Shown: one piece after another, positions 37,535 through 48,378 of the stretch
How positions within the stretch are numbered: the first letter of the stretch is position 1
Layout: the number at the start of each line of letters is the position of its first letter
NCBI GenBank assembly: GCA_030390025.1
Contig: CM059432.1
Coordinates: 142,602,001-142,666,000 of the forward strand
DNA length: 64,000 nt
Direction: 5' to 3'
Origin: Squalus acanthias
Lineage: Eukaryota
The notes under the pieces: model-generated
The model's input: only the letters and a program-made list of their open reading frames with translations
The model's database searches: none
What the model was told of the DNA's origin: nothing
Translations under genes and position numbers: made by a program

Positions 37535-39310
37535 TCAAAATTTTTTGTGAAAATTGAAGTAACACTGCATGAAGAAAGCGTACACATTCTCTCTCTCACT
37601 CGTGTCTACCTCACACGCACGCGCACACACGCACTCCACCGTTTAGGAAAAAACACTCAATATAAATTTATTTCAGTCAAGCTTTTGAAATTTGCCCTCT
37701 GGTGTTTCAAAGTTACTTGAAGAAAAGTTACTGGACAGAAAGTGAAACAAGCTGAAGATAAAGATCCCATCACTGGAGCGGACTGAAAAGTGCTAATGCT
37801 TTCTGGGAACTTAGGTACACTACACATGCTCAGACTCCACAATCCAAATTCAGCTCAAAGTCACAGCTCTGGGCTAAAAGATCCAAGTCTAAGACCAGGC
37901 TTTTGGGAGCCTACAAGCAATAACTTGAATGAAGGCATTAAAAGACACAAAAGACAATTCAGTGGATACATTCAATTATTAATTTTTTGTGATCAAACCC
38001 TTATTTTGGACAACAGAAATTTCAATGACGGCTGGAAAAAATGGGTGAGTGATGAAAATAAGTGGGGGGGGGGGGACGACGACGACAAAAATAAGGTGCA
38101 AAACTGGTCAAAATGTGTAGAATGATATTCTTTCATGTTAAAACAGCGACTATTGTGCATAATACCAATCACAGCACCGACTGCAGGAATAACAAGTTCA
38201 CAATGAAACCTGTGCCCAACATACCAAATATATAACAGATAGACATACGCTGTGGACGGAATTTTCCAAGGGCTCAAGAAAGAAGGAAAGTTAAGACAGA
38301 GAGAGAGAGAGAGGGAGAGAGAGAATGAATGAAAGAAAGAAAATAAAGAACTAGAGGACTGTGACATGGCTGAGTGTGGGTGGTGCAAGAGCGCAGCTGA
38401 CAGTAGGGGCCAGAGCCTGGATTCCTCCCCCACTGACTTTGCAGATATTGTTTAATCTCTTTTTTGTTCTTGCTGATTTGCACTCTCTCTTCCGTTTTTT
38501 TGTCTGATCTCCTCACCTTCACTGTCTTGCTCTTGGCTCTGTTGGGAGTTTATCTTCATTTCCTTTACGCTGCTTTTACTTTTTTTTTCTTTGCGCGCTT
38601 TTTGGCAGGACGAGGAGGGCGACTGGGGCCCCTGCGTGGGGGCAAAGAGCTCTGAAATTGTTAACAGGGTGGAAGGGAAAGGAAGCAGCAGATCGAGAGT
38701 CTGGGCAAGTGAGTGGGAAGAAGCGAATTGCAGAAAAAGATAAAAATGAATTGTGAAACATTGCACATATGCATTCCCGTGCCATGCATAATTGTCACGG
38801 ATAGAAATGAGTTTGAGAGCTGAGGTTAAGAACTGAAGCTAAATGACAAGAGAAAGCAAGTCTCAGGTCCCCAAGATGCATGTGGGCATCTGCAAAGAAA
38901 GGGTAATGTATTGGTATGGAATATGATAGCAGGAACTGTGTGGATACGTTGAATGTTTTTCAGGGGACTATGGGTTCTTTTTAGTGATGTACATTCAGCC
39001 AAGTTAGAAATGAAAATGAGAGCTGGAACCATTTTGTAAGTGAATTCAGTGAAGTAATCAATTGAAATTCCAGGCTTTGGGATCCAGACTTCAGCTAGTC
39101 AGTACAGTTAAGTTGCTTACTTCAGCCAATTAGAACAGTGTAACACACTGCAATTGGATTTGATGCGTGGCCCACAGATTTAGAGTGCGACACACTCTAC
39201 TCATAAGGACTCAGTTAGTTGTGGGCCAGTTGTCACATCCCTCTCCAATACTCTCACACCCTAGGTACTACTTTTCCGCAGCTTTTCAGTTGGAGAGTGA
39301 GTGTCTGAGA

Positions 39311-39647
39311 ATCGCAGTGGAGTAGTGAGAGAGTGTTGCAATGTCGGAAGTGCCGTCTTTCAGGTGAGACCTCTCAGGTGGATGTGAAAGATCCCATGGC
39401 ACTATTCAAAGAGGAGCAGGGGAGTTCTGCCCGGTATCCTAGCCAATATTTATCCCTCAACCAACATCATTAAAAACCGATCATCTGGTCATTTATCTCA
39501 TTACTGTTTGTGGGAGCTTGCTGTGCGCAAATTGGCTGGCGCGTTTCCCACATTACAACAGTGACTACACTTCAAAAGTACTTCATTGGCTGTAAAGCGC
39601 TATGGGATGTCCTGAGGTCGTGAAAGGCACTATAGAAATGCAAGTCT
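39311..39647 (+). mobile_element. SacSINE1-like SINE, 5' truncated
   Basis: Deu domain and tail. Confidence 0.75.
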
Positions 39648-40269
39648 CTTGTTTCTCATATAAAATTTGCTGAAGATTAACTTTCAAGATTTGTGATGTC
39701 TTTATACTCCAAGGTGAGCTGCTCACTCAGCCTGGATAGGCTAGAAGGGGCACAAATCTTAACAAGCACAGCTGGCATCCAGCTCCCGTGGTGAGCACTG
39801 GCCTTCTGCAAGACCAATTTAAAATTTAAAGCCCTGTTAAAAACTTTCAGATTGAAACCACATTTTGATAAATGTGGATGGAGGGGTGAAGTCACAGTTT
39901 ATAGTACCAACCAGCCAGGAGCCAGGAGCAATCGGCCAGACATTTTTCGATGTTCAGCAGACTGGGTTCGAGCTTCAGGCCAACTTCAAGACCAAAATTT
40001 AGGTTAATAATCTGGTTGGTACTCAACGATTAAAATCGTATCTGCTTTGGGGACCAACTGCAAAAATGTTATTAAAATAAAATAAAGGTTGCTGCTGCTT
40101 TAAGGTGACTTGATTGTGGGGTGACCTCTGGGCGGGCAGTAACTGGTTGAAGTTTGCGCTTCCTGATGTATCAATAAATCAGAATGACCACCCCGCTTGC
40201 AACACTCATTGTTCACGTCACAAATGCTGGAATCGTTAAACGTGCTCTGCTGCCCATATCCGAACTCTC

Positions 40270-40833
40270 ACCTGTGCCTCAATTTTAAAATTCTCATCCT
40301 CTTATTCAAATCCTTCCATTACCTCGACCCTCCGTACCTCTGTAACTTCCTCCCGCCCTACAACCAACGTTCCCCCTCTAAGCTGCACTGCCGTGCAGCT
40401 CTCTACCAGTCCAGCACAGCCCGGGACTGGCTTTGTCAATGTTAAATTTCACACATGCTCGAAACTGCGAAGGGGCCATGCACCCAAAAAAAATTAGTGG
40501 GAACATGGCCTACAACCCCCCACCCCCGACCCCTCTGCGCTCCTCCAATTCTGGCCTCTTGAGCATCCCCGATTTTCATCACTCCACCATTGAAGGCCGT
40601 GCCTTCAGCTGCCTGGGCCCTAAGCTCTGGAATTCTCTCCCTAAACCTTTCCACACCTCTCCCCTCCTTTAAGATGCTCCTTAAAACCTACCTCTTTGAC
40701 CAAGCTTTTGGTCACCTGTCCTGATATCTCCTTATGTGGCTCGGTGTCAAGTTTTGTCTGATAACGCTTCTGTGAAGCGCCTTGGGACATTTTACTACGT
40801 TAAAAGGCGTTGTATAAATACAAGTTGTTGTTA
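40270..40833 (+). mobile_element. L2-like LINE 3' end
   Basis: RAFSCLGPKLWNSLP and GTGAAGCGCCTTGGG..TATAAAT tail. Confidence 0.75.
40365..40508. mobile_element. 144-bp hAT-like MITE inserted in an L2 3' fragment
   Basis: 8-bp TSD CCTACAAC (40357-40364, 40509-40516); imperfect TIR CAACGTTCCC / GGGAACATGG. Confidence 0.75.
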
Positions 40834-41439
40834 TTGCTAGCGGAGTAATTGTGCATCCTCCTTTCCGCTATCTCAAATATAAAATTTGCCGTTAGCCCGC
40901 CAATCCAGGAGGAATATAACATTTGTTACAGGCTCAATGGTCGGGCAAACTACAAATGACAAAAGCCACTCGTTTACACTGACCAAATAAGGCAAATTCT
41001 GGTTTTATTACAAGGTTCTCACTTTGTTTTGTGAATCACAAAAACATGATTGCCCATATTTCTGTATAAACTGTAATCTAATGCCCTTACAGATGCTCAA
41101 CGAAAAATAAAAACTTGCAAGGAAGAAATCGGCAATGTAAGTGAAAATCTCAATGAAAATTACATAAAATTCACTAACGTGTGCGCGCGCGGGTCTGCGT
41201 CTGCGTACGCGCCTGTCTGCGTCTGCTTGTGTGGCTGCACGAGTTTGTCCGCGCGTGTACAACTGCGTGTGTGTGCGACTGCGCGCGTGTGTCTGTGTGG
41301 AATTAAAAGCCGAGCATATACAACATGTAACGTGGAATTCAAAATAACTTGTTAGGTGCACCATTGTGTCATCAGGCAAGAAATACAAACAAGTTTTCAA
41401 AAGTCATTTCAGCCAAATAAATGATGGCCCAGTTAACCT

Positions 41440-41880
41440 GCTTCCATTTCTAGAACACCTTCCTGTAGCAACAACTCAGACCGCTTAACACAACAAATTG
41501 CTTTTGGAATGCAGTGATTTATGGAGGCTAACGCTGCAGCCATTTCGCACAAAGCAATAGCCCACAAACAGCAATGGGATAAATAATCAGTCAATTTTTC
41601 TTCTAGTGATATCAATCGAGTGGGGAATAGCGACATGGTCAAGAGGACAAATCCGTTCTTCTTCATATAGTGCCATGAAACCTTGAATATTCGCCTCAAG
41701 CTCTGGAACTGGCAGACGGGGCCTTGTTTTAATGTCATCTCTGAAGGACAATTCTGACAGTGCAGCACTCCCTCATTATAGCACTGGAGTCAGCCTTGAT
41801 TCTGAGCTCAAACCCTCACCCAAGATTTAAACTCACAACCCTGCGACTTAGAAGAGGCAATGCTACCAACTGAAGCAAGC
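41440..41880 (-). mobile_element. Old diverged SacSINE1-like SINE
   Basis: Patchy similarity over the full length. Confidence 0.6.
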
Positions 41881-43147
41881 CCCATCACTAATGAATCAGA
41901 AACACACAGGCCTTACTATATGCAAATTGGCTGCCGCATTTCCTACATTACAACAGCTCATGCTTTTTTTTTAAATCATAAAATTCAGAAGAATATTCAT
42001 GAGTAATCATTTTATGGCTGCATATAGTGACTCCACTGTTCCCGGCCAGAATGGAGATGATTGGGTAATTCCCCCGTCAATCACACACTGCTGTCAGTGA
42101 CTGGGATTGAGTTTAACACACATCATTTGTATTATGTAACTATCCTCCACTTACGGCATTTTGCTGGAGAAATTACCATGTTTTTATCGGGAGATGTTGC
42201 TGCTGTTTCGGTCATGAGTTCTGTTTGTCGTAGTTTGTCGAGACTCTTTTTAAATAGACTCGGTTTTCTGTAAAATAGACAATCTGCTGTGAGTCCTGCC
42301 CCGTCTCCAACTCACTGGCTGACATGGTGGTGTTAATAGACACTATTATTTTACCATTTTGATTTAATCCTGGACACTAAAGTTGGGCATTTGTTTTAGG
42401 GGCAACTGCTTTAGTGTTGGGCCACAAAAGACTTCTAAAATTGTTATAATACTTGTACTATGACACAGTACTTTCGAGGTGCTGTACAATGCCATGAAAG
42501 TTCAATATACTCATAGCACATTTCGATTTAACTTCAAGAGCTGACTGCAGAAAATAGCTAACACATCTCTCGATCATCGCATTGACTCGCATGACATCTC
42601 TCTTTATGATGACACAGCATTTCAAAAAAGAAAATACCGATCATAATATTACAAGTGAGCGTGATATAACTCATATTTAACCATCTGGTGGGAATTCACA
42701 TCAGTGAAGGTGTTGTCAGGAAACACAATAAAACCACAGGAAAGAACCCCTCAGTTTTGCCAAAAAATCTGAAAGTTGTTTTATCAGAACCGAATTAGTT
42801 ACAGTAACCATTAACATCATTTAATTTACACTGAGATCAAAACTGAGTTAACAGTTTTATACCCAGTATTTAAGTATTTCCTGCACACTATAAATTTGTA
42901 CATAAACACACCATTTGTAACACTGATTAACTAGTGAACATGTGCAACTTATCAGCAAGTTATTGTATAAATGACCGCATTTTGAGCTCATTTAAACACA
43001 ATACCCGCACAGTATGCAGTTTTCAAAAACCTGCCAACCCACCACACACATTATAAATCAACTCTGGTCTTAAAATTCCTGTCTGCCAATTAAACTGAAT
43101 AGATTTGAGGGTCTTTCAGAACTCAAACCCACATTCAGGAGTCAGCC

Positions 43148-43183
<36 letters not shown>

Positions 43184-43469
43184 TAGGTTGTGGGTTCAAG
43201 TCCCACTCCAGAGAAATAAAGCCTGACACTCCTGGGCAGTGCTGACAGAGTTCTGTGCTGTCGGAGGTGCTGTCTTTTGGCTAAGATGTTAAACAGAGGT
43301 CCTGTCCGCCCTCTCGGGAAGAAGAGCAGGGGAGTTCTCCCTGGTGTCCTGGCCAATATTTATCCCTCAACCAAAATTACTAAAACAGATTATCTGGTCA
43401 TGTATCTCATTGCTGTTTGTGGGAGCTTGCTGTGCACAAATTGGCTACTGCACTTCCTACATTACAACA

Positions 43470-43583
43470 ATGAGAAGTCGCACAACACCAGGCTATAGTC
43501 CAACAGTTTTATTTGAAATCACGAGCTTTCGGAGCGCTGCTCCTTCGTCAGGTAAAGTGAGGGAATACAAATCAGCAAAGCAT
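43470..43583 (-). mobile_element. Penelope-like terminal fragment inserted in a SINE
   Basis: Hammerhead motif followed by AATAAA; flanked by duplicated ATTACAACA (43461-43469, 43584-43592); near-identical to 52517-52607. Confidence 0.7.
43519..43555 (-). ncRNA. Minimal type I hammerhead ribozyme (Penelope-like terminal repeat)
   Basis: UUAC-CUGACGA-A-GGAGC(AGC)GCUCC-GAAA-GC-UC-GUGA: intact core, 5-bp stem II, palindromic AGCU stem III, 4-bp stem I. Confidence 0.8.
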
Positions 43584-43794
43584 ATTACAACAGTAACAAC
43601 ACTTACAGTAAAAGTAAGTAATTGGCTGTTAAACACTTATGGGACGCGCCGAGGTTGGAAAAGACGCTATATAAATCCAAGTCATTTCTTTCAAAAAAAA
43701 TTATGAAGTACACTGATGCTCTGTTCATCTTTTGACCAATCTGAACTATACTGGAACATCTTTCTTGGCAATGTCCATGGTAACATAAGAACAT

Positions 43795-43851
43795 GGGGTA
43801 CAGTAGCATAGTGGTTATGTTACTGGACTAGTAATCCAGAGGCCTGGACTA
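43795..43851 (+). mobile_element. 57-nt head fragment of SlmI-like SINE
   Basis: Direct repeat of 45319-45375 with 6 differences. Confidence 0.8.
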
Positions 43852-44479
43852 GGGGAACAGATAGGGTAGATAGAGAGAAACTATTTCCGCTGGTTGGGGA
43901 GTCTAGGACTAGGGTCATAGTCTAAAAATTAGAGCCGGGCCTTTGAGGAGCGAAGTTAGGAAACGCAAAGGGTGAGAGAAATTTGGAACTCTCTTCCGCA
44001 GACAGCAATTGATGCTAGGTCCATTATTAATTTTAAATCTGGGATTGATAGTTTTTTGTTAAACCAAAGGGGGCAACACGGTGGCATAGTGGTTAGCGCT
44101 GTTGCCTCACAGCGCTAGGGACCCGGGTTCGAATCCGGCCTCGGATAACTGTCTGTGTGGAGTTTGCACATTCTCCCCGTGTCTGCATGGGTTTCCTCCC
44201 ACAGTCTAAAGATGTGCGGGTTAGGTCGATTTGGCTATGATAAATTGACCCTTAGTGTTAGGGGGATTAAATACGTGGGGTTACGGGGCCTAGGGTGGGA
44301 TATGCGTCGGTGCAGGCTCGATGGGCCGAAATGGCCTCTATCTGCACTGTGGGGATTCTGTGATTCAAAGGTAGTCAGAGATATGGGACAAAGGTGGGTA
44401 TGTGGAGTTGGGTCACAGATCAGCCATGATCTCATTGAATGGCGGAATAGGCTCGAGGGGCTAAATGTTCCTATGTTCC
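43852..44479 (+). mobile_element. CR1 3' fragment hosting the HE1-like SINE
   Basis: EKLFPL..SRTRGH region; ATGTTCCT tail. Confidence 0.8.
44071..44365 (+). mobile_element. HE1-like V-SINE inserted in CR1
   Basis: tRNA head (TGGCATAGTGG, GGTTCGAATCC), V domain TGTGTGGAGTTTGCACATTCTCCCCGTG, CAAAGG TSD. Confidence 0.8.
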
Positions 44480-44564
44480 AAAGATTTGATTGTCACACAA
44501 ACTAGCTGCTTGTAAAATTTCTTAGCTGTACAATACCCATGTACAATATTCCATTTGATTACAG

Positions 44565-44692
44565 CCCTTGCGAGTTTGGGATATGAAAAGAGCTGTGTAC
44601 TGTTTAATATTGGAGCTCTAGTCAGCCAAATTGCAGCAGAGCAGAATCTGAAGAATGATGAAGGGTTGAAAGCAGCAGCTAAGTATTACCAG
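44565..44692 (+). pseudogene. PDCD6IP: Orphan PDCD6IP (ALIX) Bro1-domain exon (ALASLGYEKSCVLFNIGALVSQIAAEQNLKNDEGLKAAAKYYQ), antisense in EMC2 intron 2
   Basis: Open 128-nt exon with TACAG acceptor and CAG|GTAAGC donor; peptide closely matches ALIX; no other ALIX exon seen in the window. Confidence 0.85.
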
Positions 44693-44979
44693 GTAAGCAG
44701 ACTTCACTGTTGCTAAACTTTTCATTTTTAATGTTATTTTTGATTGTAGCCTCACTCTCTATTGCCACCAAGCCCCATCCCAAGTTTCTCCCAGATATTC
44801 TTCCTCCTTTTCCCTCTCAGCCTCTGCACTGAGCGACCCCTCATCCTTTGTGATTTCAATCTGAACTACTTACTCACCTCCACCCTTGATGCCCTTGTAC
44901 CTTCTACTCTCACCCATCTTGGTCAATCCCCCTGGTGTGGTCCCCATCTTCACTCCCTCAAGTCCCAGGGGTGCAAACT

Positions 44980-45300
44980 TAGAATCATAGAATCTTACAG
45001 CACAGAAGGTGGTGATTCGGCCCATCGTGCCTGTGCCGGCTCTTTGAAAGAGCTCTCCAATTAGTCCCATCTCCTGCTCTTTCCACTTAGCCCAGCAAAT
45101 TTTTTTCCTGTTCAACTATTTATCTACTTCCCTCTTGAAAGTTACTATTGAATCTGTTTCCACCACCCTTTCAGGCAGTGGATCCAGATCATAACTCGCT
45201 GCGTAAAAAAAAAATCTCATCTCCCCTCTGGTTCTTTTGCCAATTACCTCAAATCTGTGTCCTCCAAACCTAATGATATTGTGATCACTGCTTCCCAAAA
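44980..45300 (-). mobile_element. CR1 3' fragment
   Basis: GHRFEVIGKRTRG; ATTCTATG tail. Confidence 0.75.
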
Positions 45301-45318
45301 GCTCTCCTAGAGCTAGAT

Positions 45319-45656
45319 GGGGGACGGTAGCGTAGTGGTAATGTCACTGGGCTAGTAATCCAGAGGCCTGGACTAATGATCCAGTTCAAATCCCACCATG
45401 GCAGCTGGGGAATTTACTTAAATAAATCTGGAATGTTAAAAAAAAAAGCTAGCAACAGTCATGGTGACCATGAAACTACTGGATTGTCATAAACCCCCAT
45501 CTGGCTCACTAACGTCCTTTAGGGAAGGTAATCTGCTGTCCTTGCCCGGTCTGGCCTATATGTGACTCCAGACCCACAGCAATGTGGTTGACTCTTAACT
45601 GCCCTTTGAAATGGTGGCTCACCTTCTCAAGGGCATAAATGCACATCCCATGAATG
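45319..45656 (+). mobile_element. SlmI/MetaSINE-like SINE (head + tail)
   Basis: Same head and central domain as 6673-6975, joined directly to the CACCTTCTCAAGGGCA..CACATCCCATGAATG tail. Confidence 0.75.
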
Positions 45657-46535
45657 ATAAGAATTAGGAGCAGGAGTAGGCCCCTCGAGCCTGCTCCGCC
45701 ACTGAGTAAGATCATGGCTGATCTTCAACCTCAACTCCACCTTCCCGCCCGATCCCCATATCCCTGGATTCCCCCACAGTCCAAAAATCTATCTATCTCA
45801 GCCTTGAATATACTCAAAGACTCAGCATCCACAGCCCTTTGGGGTAGAGAATTCCAAAGATTCACAACCCTCTGAGTGAAGATATTCCTCCTCAACTCAG
45901 TTTTAAATGGCCGATCCCTTATCCTGAGACTATGACCCCCTAGTTCTAGACTCTCCAGCCAGGGGAAACAACCTCTCAGCGTCTACCCTGTCAATCCCCC
46001 TCAGAATCTTGTATGTTGCAATGAGATCACCTCTCATTCTTCTAAACCCCAGAGAGTATAGACCCATTCTACACAATCTCTCATCATAGGACAGCCCTCT
46101 CATCCCAGGAATCATTCTAGTGAACCTTCGTTGCACCGCCTCCAAGGCAAATATATCCTTCCTCAGATAAGGAGACCAAAACTGTGCACAGTACTCCAGG
46201 TGCGGGCTCACCAAGGCCCTGTATAATTGCAGCAAGACTTCCTTACTCTTGCACTCCAACCCCCTTGCAATAAAGGCCAACATGCCATTTGCCTTCCTAA
46301 TTGCTTGCTGTACCTGCACGCTAACTCTCTGTATTTCCTGCACAAGGACACCTAAATCTCTCTGAACATCAACATTTAATAGTTTCTCACCATTTAAAAA
46401 TATTCTGTTTTCCAATTCTTCCTACCAAAGTGAATAACCTCACATTTCCCCACGTTATACTCCATCTGCCACCTTATTGCCCACTCACTTAACCGGTCTA
46501 TATCCCTTTGCAGGCTCGTTGTATCCTCCTCACAG
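45657..46535 (-). mobile_element. CR1 3' region whose tail end is displaced to 43782-43794
   Basis: RDLGVLV..LEYCAQFWSP..RRMRGDLI ORF; tail AACATAAGAACAT/AAGAATTAGGAGC split by an insertion. Confidence 0.88.
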
Positions 46536-46688
46536 TACGTCAGAGATTATTTTATTACTGAGGGAGAGGGTGCTAGGTTGAGCAAGTGGGGGAGTGGCAT
46601 ATCTCTGCTGAAAGAACTTGTGAATAAGTCTGTAAGAGATCTCCCTAGAGACAGTGAAGTGCTTGTTCACTGGCACCTGGAAAATAAT

Positions 46689-47427
46689 GGGCCAAAAATT
46701 GATGCCGCTACGCGAGAGTACGCACTGTGTACTCTCGCGTATTCTCTCTCCAATTGCCGGTTTTCTGCATGCACTGCGCATGCGCTGAAAACCGGCACTT
46801 GGTCTTTGGAAAAGGGGGCGGTTCCTCGGTGCACCGCGTGCGCGCTACAGGCTGCGCGCACACTGTGCACTTAGTGCTTTGGACGCGCAGGTAAGGACGG
46901 AAGATTTTAGAAATGAAAAAAGGAGTAAGACCCACTTTTAACAAGGTAAGTAGTGAATTAAGTATTATTTTGAATTTTTTTTAACAGGTATATCTTTTTT
47001 AGAGACTTTAAAGACAGGTAAGTTTATTTTTATAACTTTTTAAAAGATTTTAAATTTTTTCAAAAATTTAATTTTTTATTTAAAATGGTTAATTTATTTA
47101 ACTATACTTATTTTATTAATGTGATGGTTTTTTTTTAATTTAATTGAGGTTTAGCTGTTATTTTGGGGGTGTGTAAGATTCATAGCTTTCACAGCACGTA
47201 TGTGAAACTTATGAATGGAAGATGGTGTGCTGCCATTGGCTCTAACTGAGTCACGTGATCCCACAGCTCGCACGAATTCACTACGCCGGTGGGATACGCA
47301 AGCACTGCCCAGCTGATGTCTGGAACATCAAGTTCGTGCGAGCTGGATCTGAAAAAGCCAACGCGGAGTGAGAGATCGCGCCTGCTCCTTACCCCCGCGG
47401 GAACAGAGCGAGATCAATTTCTGGGCC
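46689..47427 (+). mobile_element. PIF/Harbinger-like MITE, copy 2
   Basis: Colinear with copy 1; termini GGGCCAAAAATTGAT...ATCAATTTCTGGGCC; left flank AAT, right flank ATC (imperfect TSD). Confidence 0.78.
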
Positions 47428-47992
47428 ATCATCCCTGCAGGTAGATAAATACATTTGTTCCGTTACGTACCACACTTACAGAGCACGCAAACAAACCTAC
47501 GCATGGAATATGGGGAAGAAGTTATTTACTGTTCAGGGTGTGACTTTTTACAGCCAAGTCCAAGAAACATATAAAACTTCAGTTTCATTGTTCCTTAATT
47601 GCATCGTTCCTTCTTTACCAAATGTCTCTCCAATGGCACTGTGTGAATCTTTGCAAACTTAAACAATAGTATGGTGCTTCCAGAACTTCTTAAATGTTCA
47701 CATCACCGATTGATTTTGAGTTTAAACGTAAGTAAAAGGAAATGTTGCAAGGATTTAAAATCCAAACAAAAATTCTGCTTTGAAATTCGGAAATGTTAAA
47801 ATTTTGTCTCACATGTAACATGCTGTAAACAGTTCCTTAAATATTGCCAGCTACACTGGATTTTTGAGAAACTGCCTGAAAAATAATTGAAGAGTTTCTC
47901 CTTCACATTCTTTCTGATGTTTTATATATTTACAAGTAAACTGGTAACTTTCACTGTCATAAAAGTAATTTCCCAACAACAATCATAATTAT

Positions 47993-48378
47993 TAAAATTT
48001 GCATCTTTGTTTTCAAATCCCTCCATCCCCACCCCCCCATATCTCTGTAACCTCCTCCAGCCCTACAACCCTCTGAGATCTCAGCGCTCCTCTAATTCTG
48101 GCCTCTTGCACGTCGCCGATTTCAATCGTTCCACCATTGGCAGCTGTGCTTTCAGCTACCTAGGCCCTAAGCTCTGGAATTCCCTCCCTAAACCTCTCCG
48201 CCTCTCTCTCCTCCTTTAAGACGCTCCTTAAAACCTACCTCTTTGACCAAACTTTTGGTCACCAGTCCTATTATCTCCTTTTGTGACTTGGTGTTAAATT
48301 TTGTTTGATTAACGCCCTGTGAAGCACCATGGGATGTTTTACTACATTAAAGGCGCTATATAAATGCATAGTTGTTGT
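47993..48378 (+). mobile_element. L2-like LINE 3' end
   Basis: Same family as 40270-40833. Confidence 0.75.

Larger units (their letters stand above)
43141..43685 (+). mobile_element. SacSINE1-like SINE interrupted by a hammerhead-bearing fragment
   Basis: tRNA head, Deu domain and tail. Confidence 0.75.

Noticed and set aside
38452..38766. Charged 104-aa ORF preceded by a pyrimidine tract (possible exon)
   Set aside because: Tract ends in CAA rather than AG, the peptide is low complexity and I recognise no homologue
44565..44692. Complete nested PDCD6IP gene or processed retrocopy
   Set aside because: Neighbouring ALIX exons were not found in the window, and retained splice sites and intron flanks exclude a processed copy
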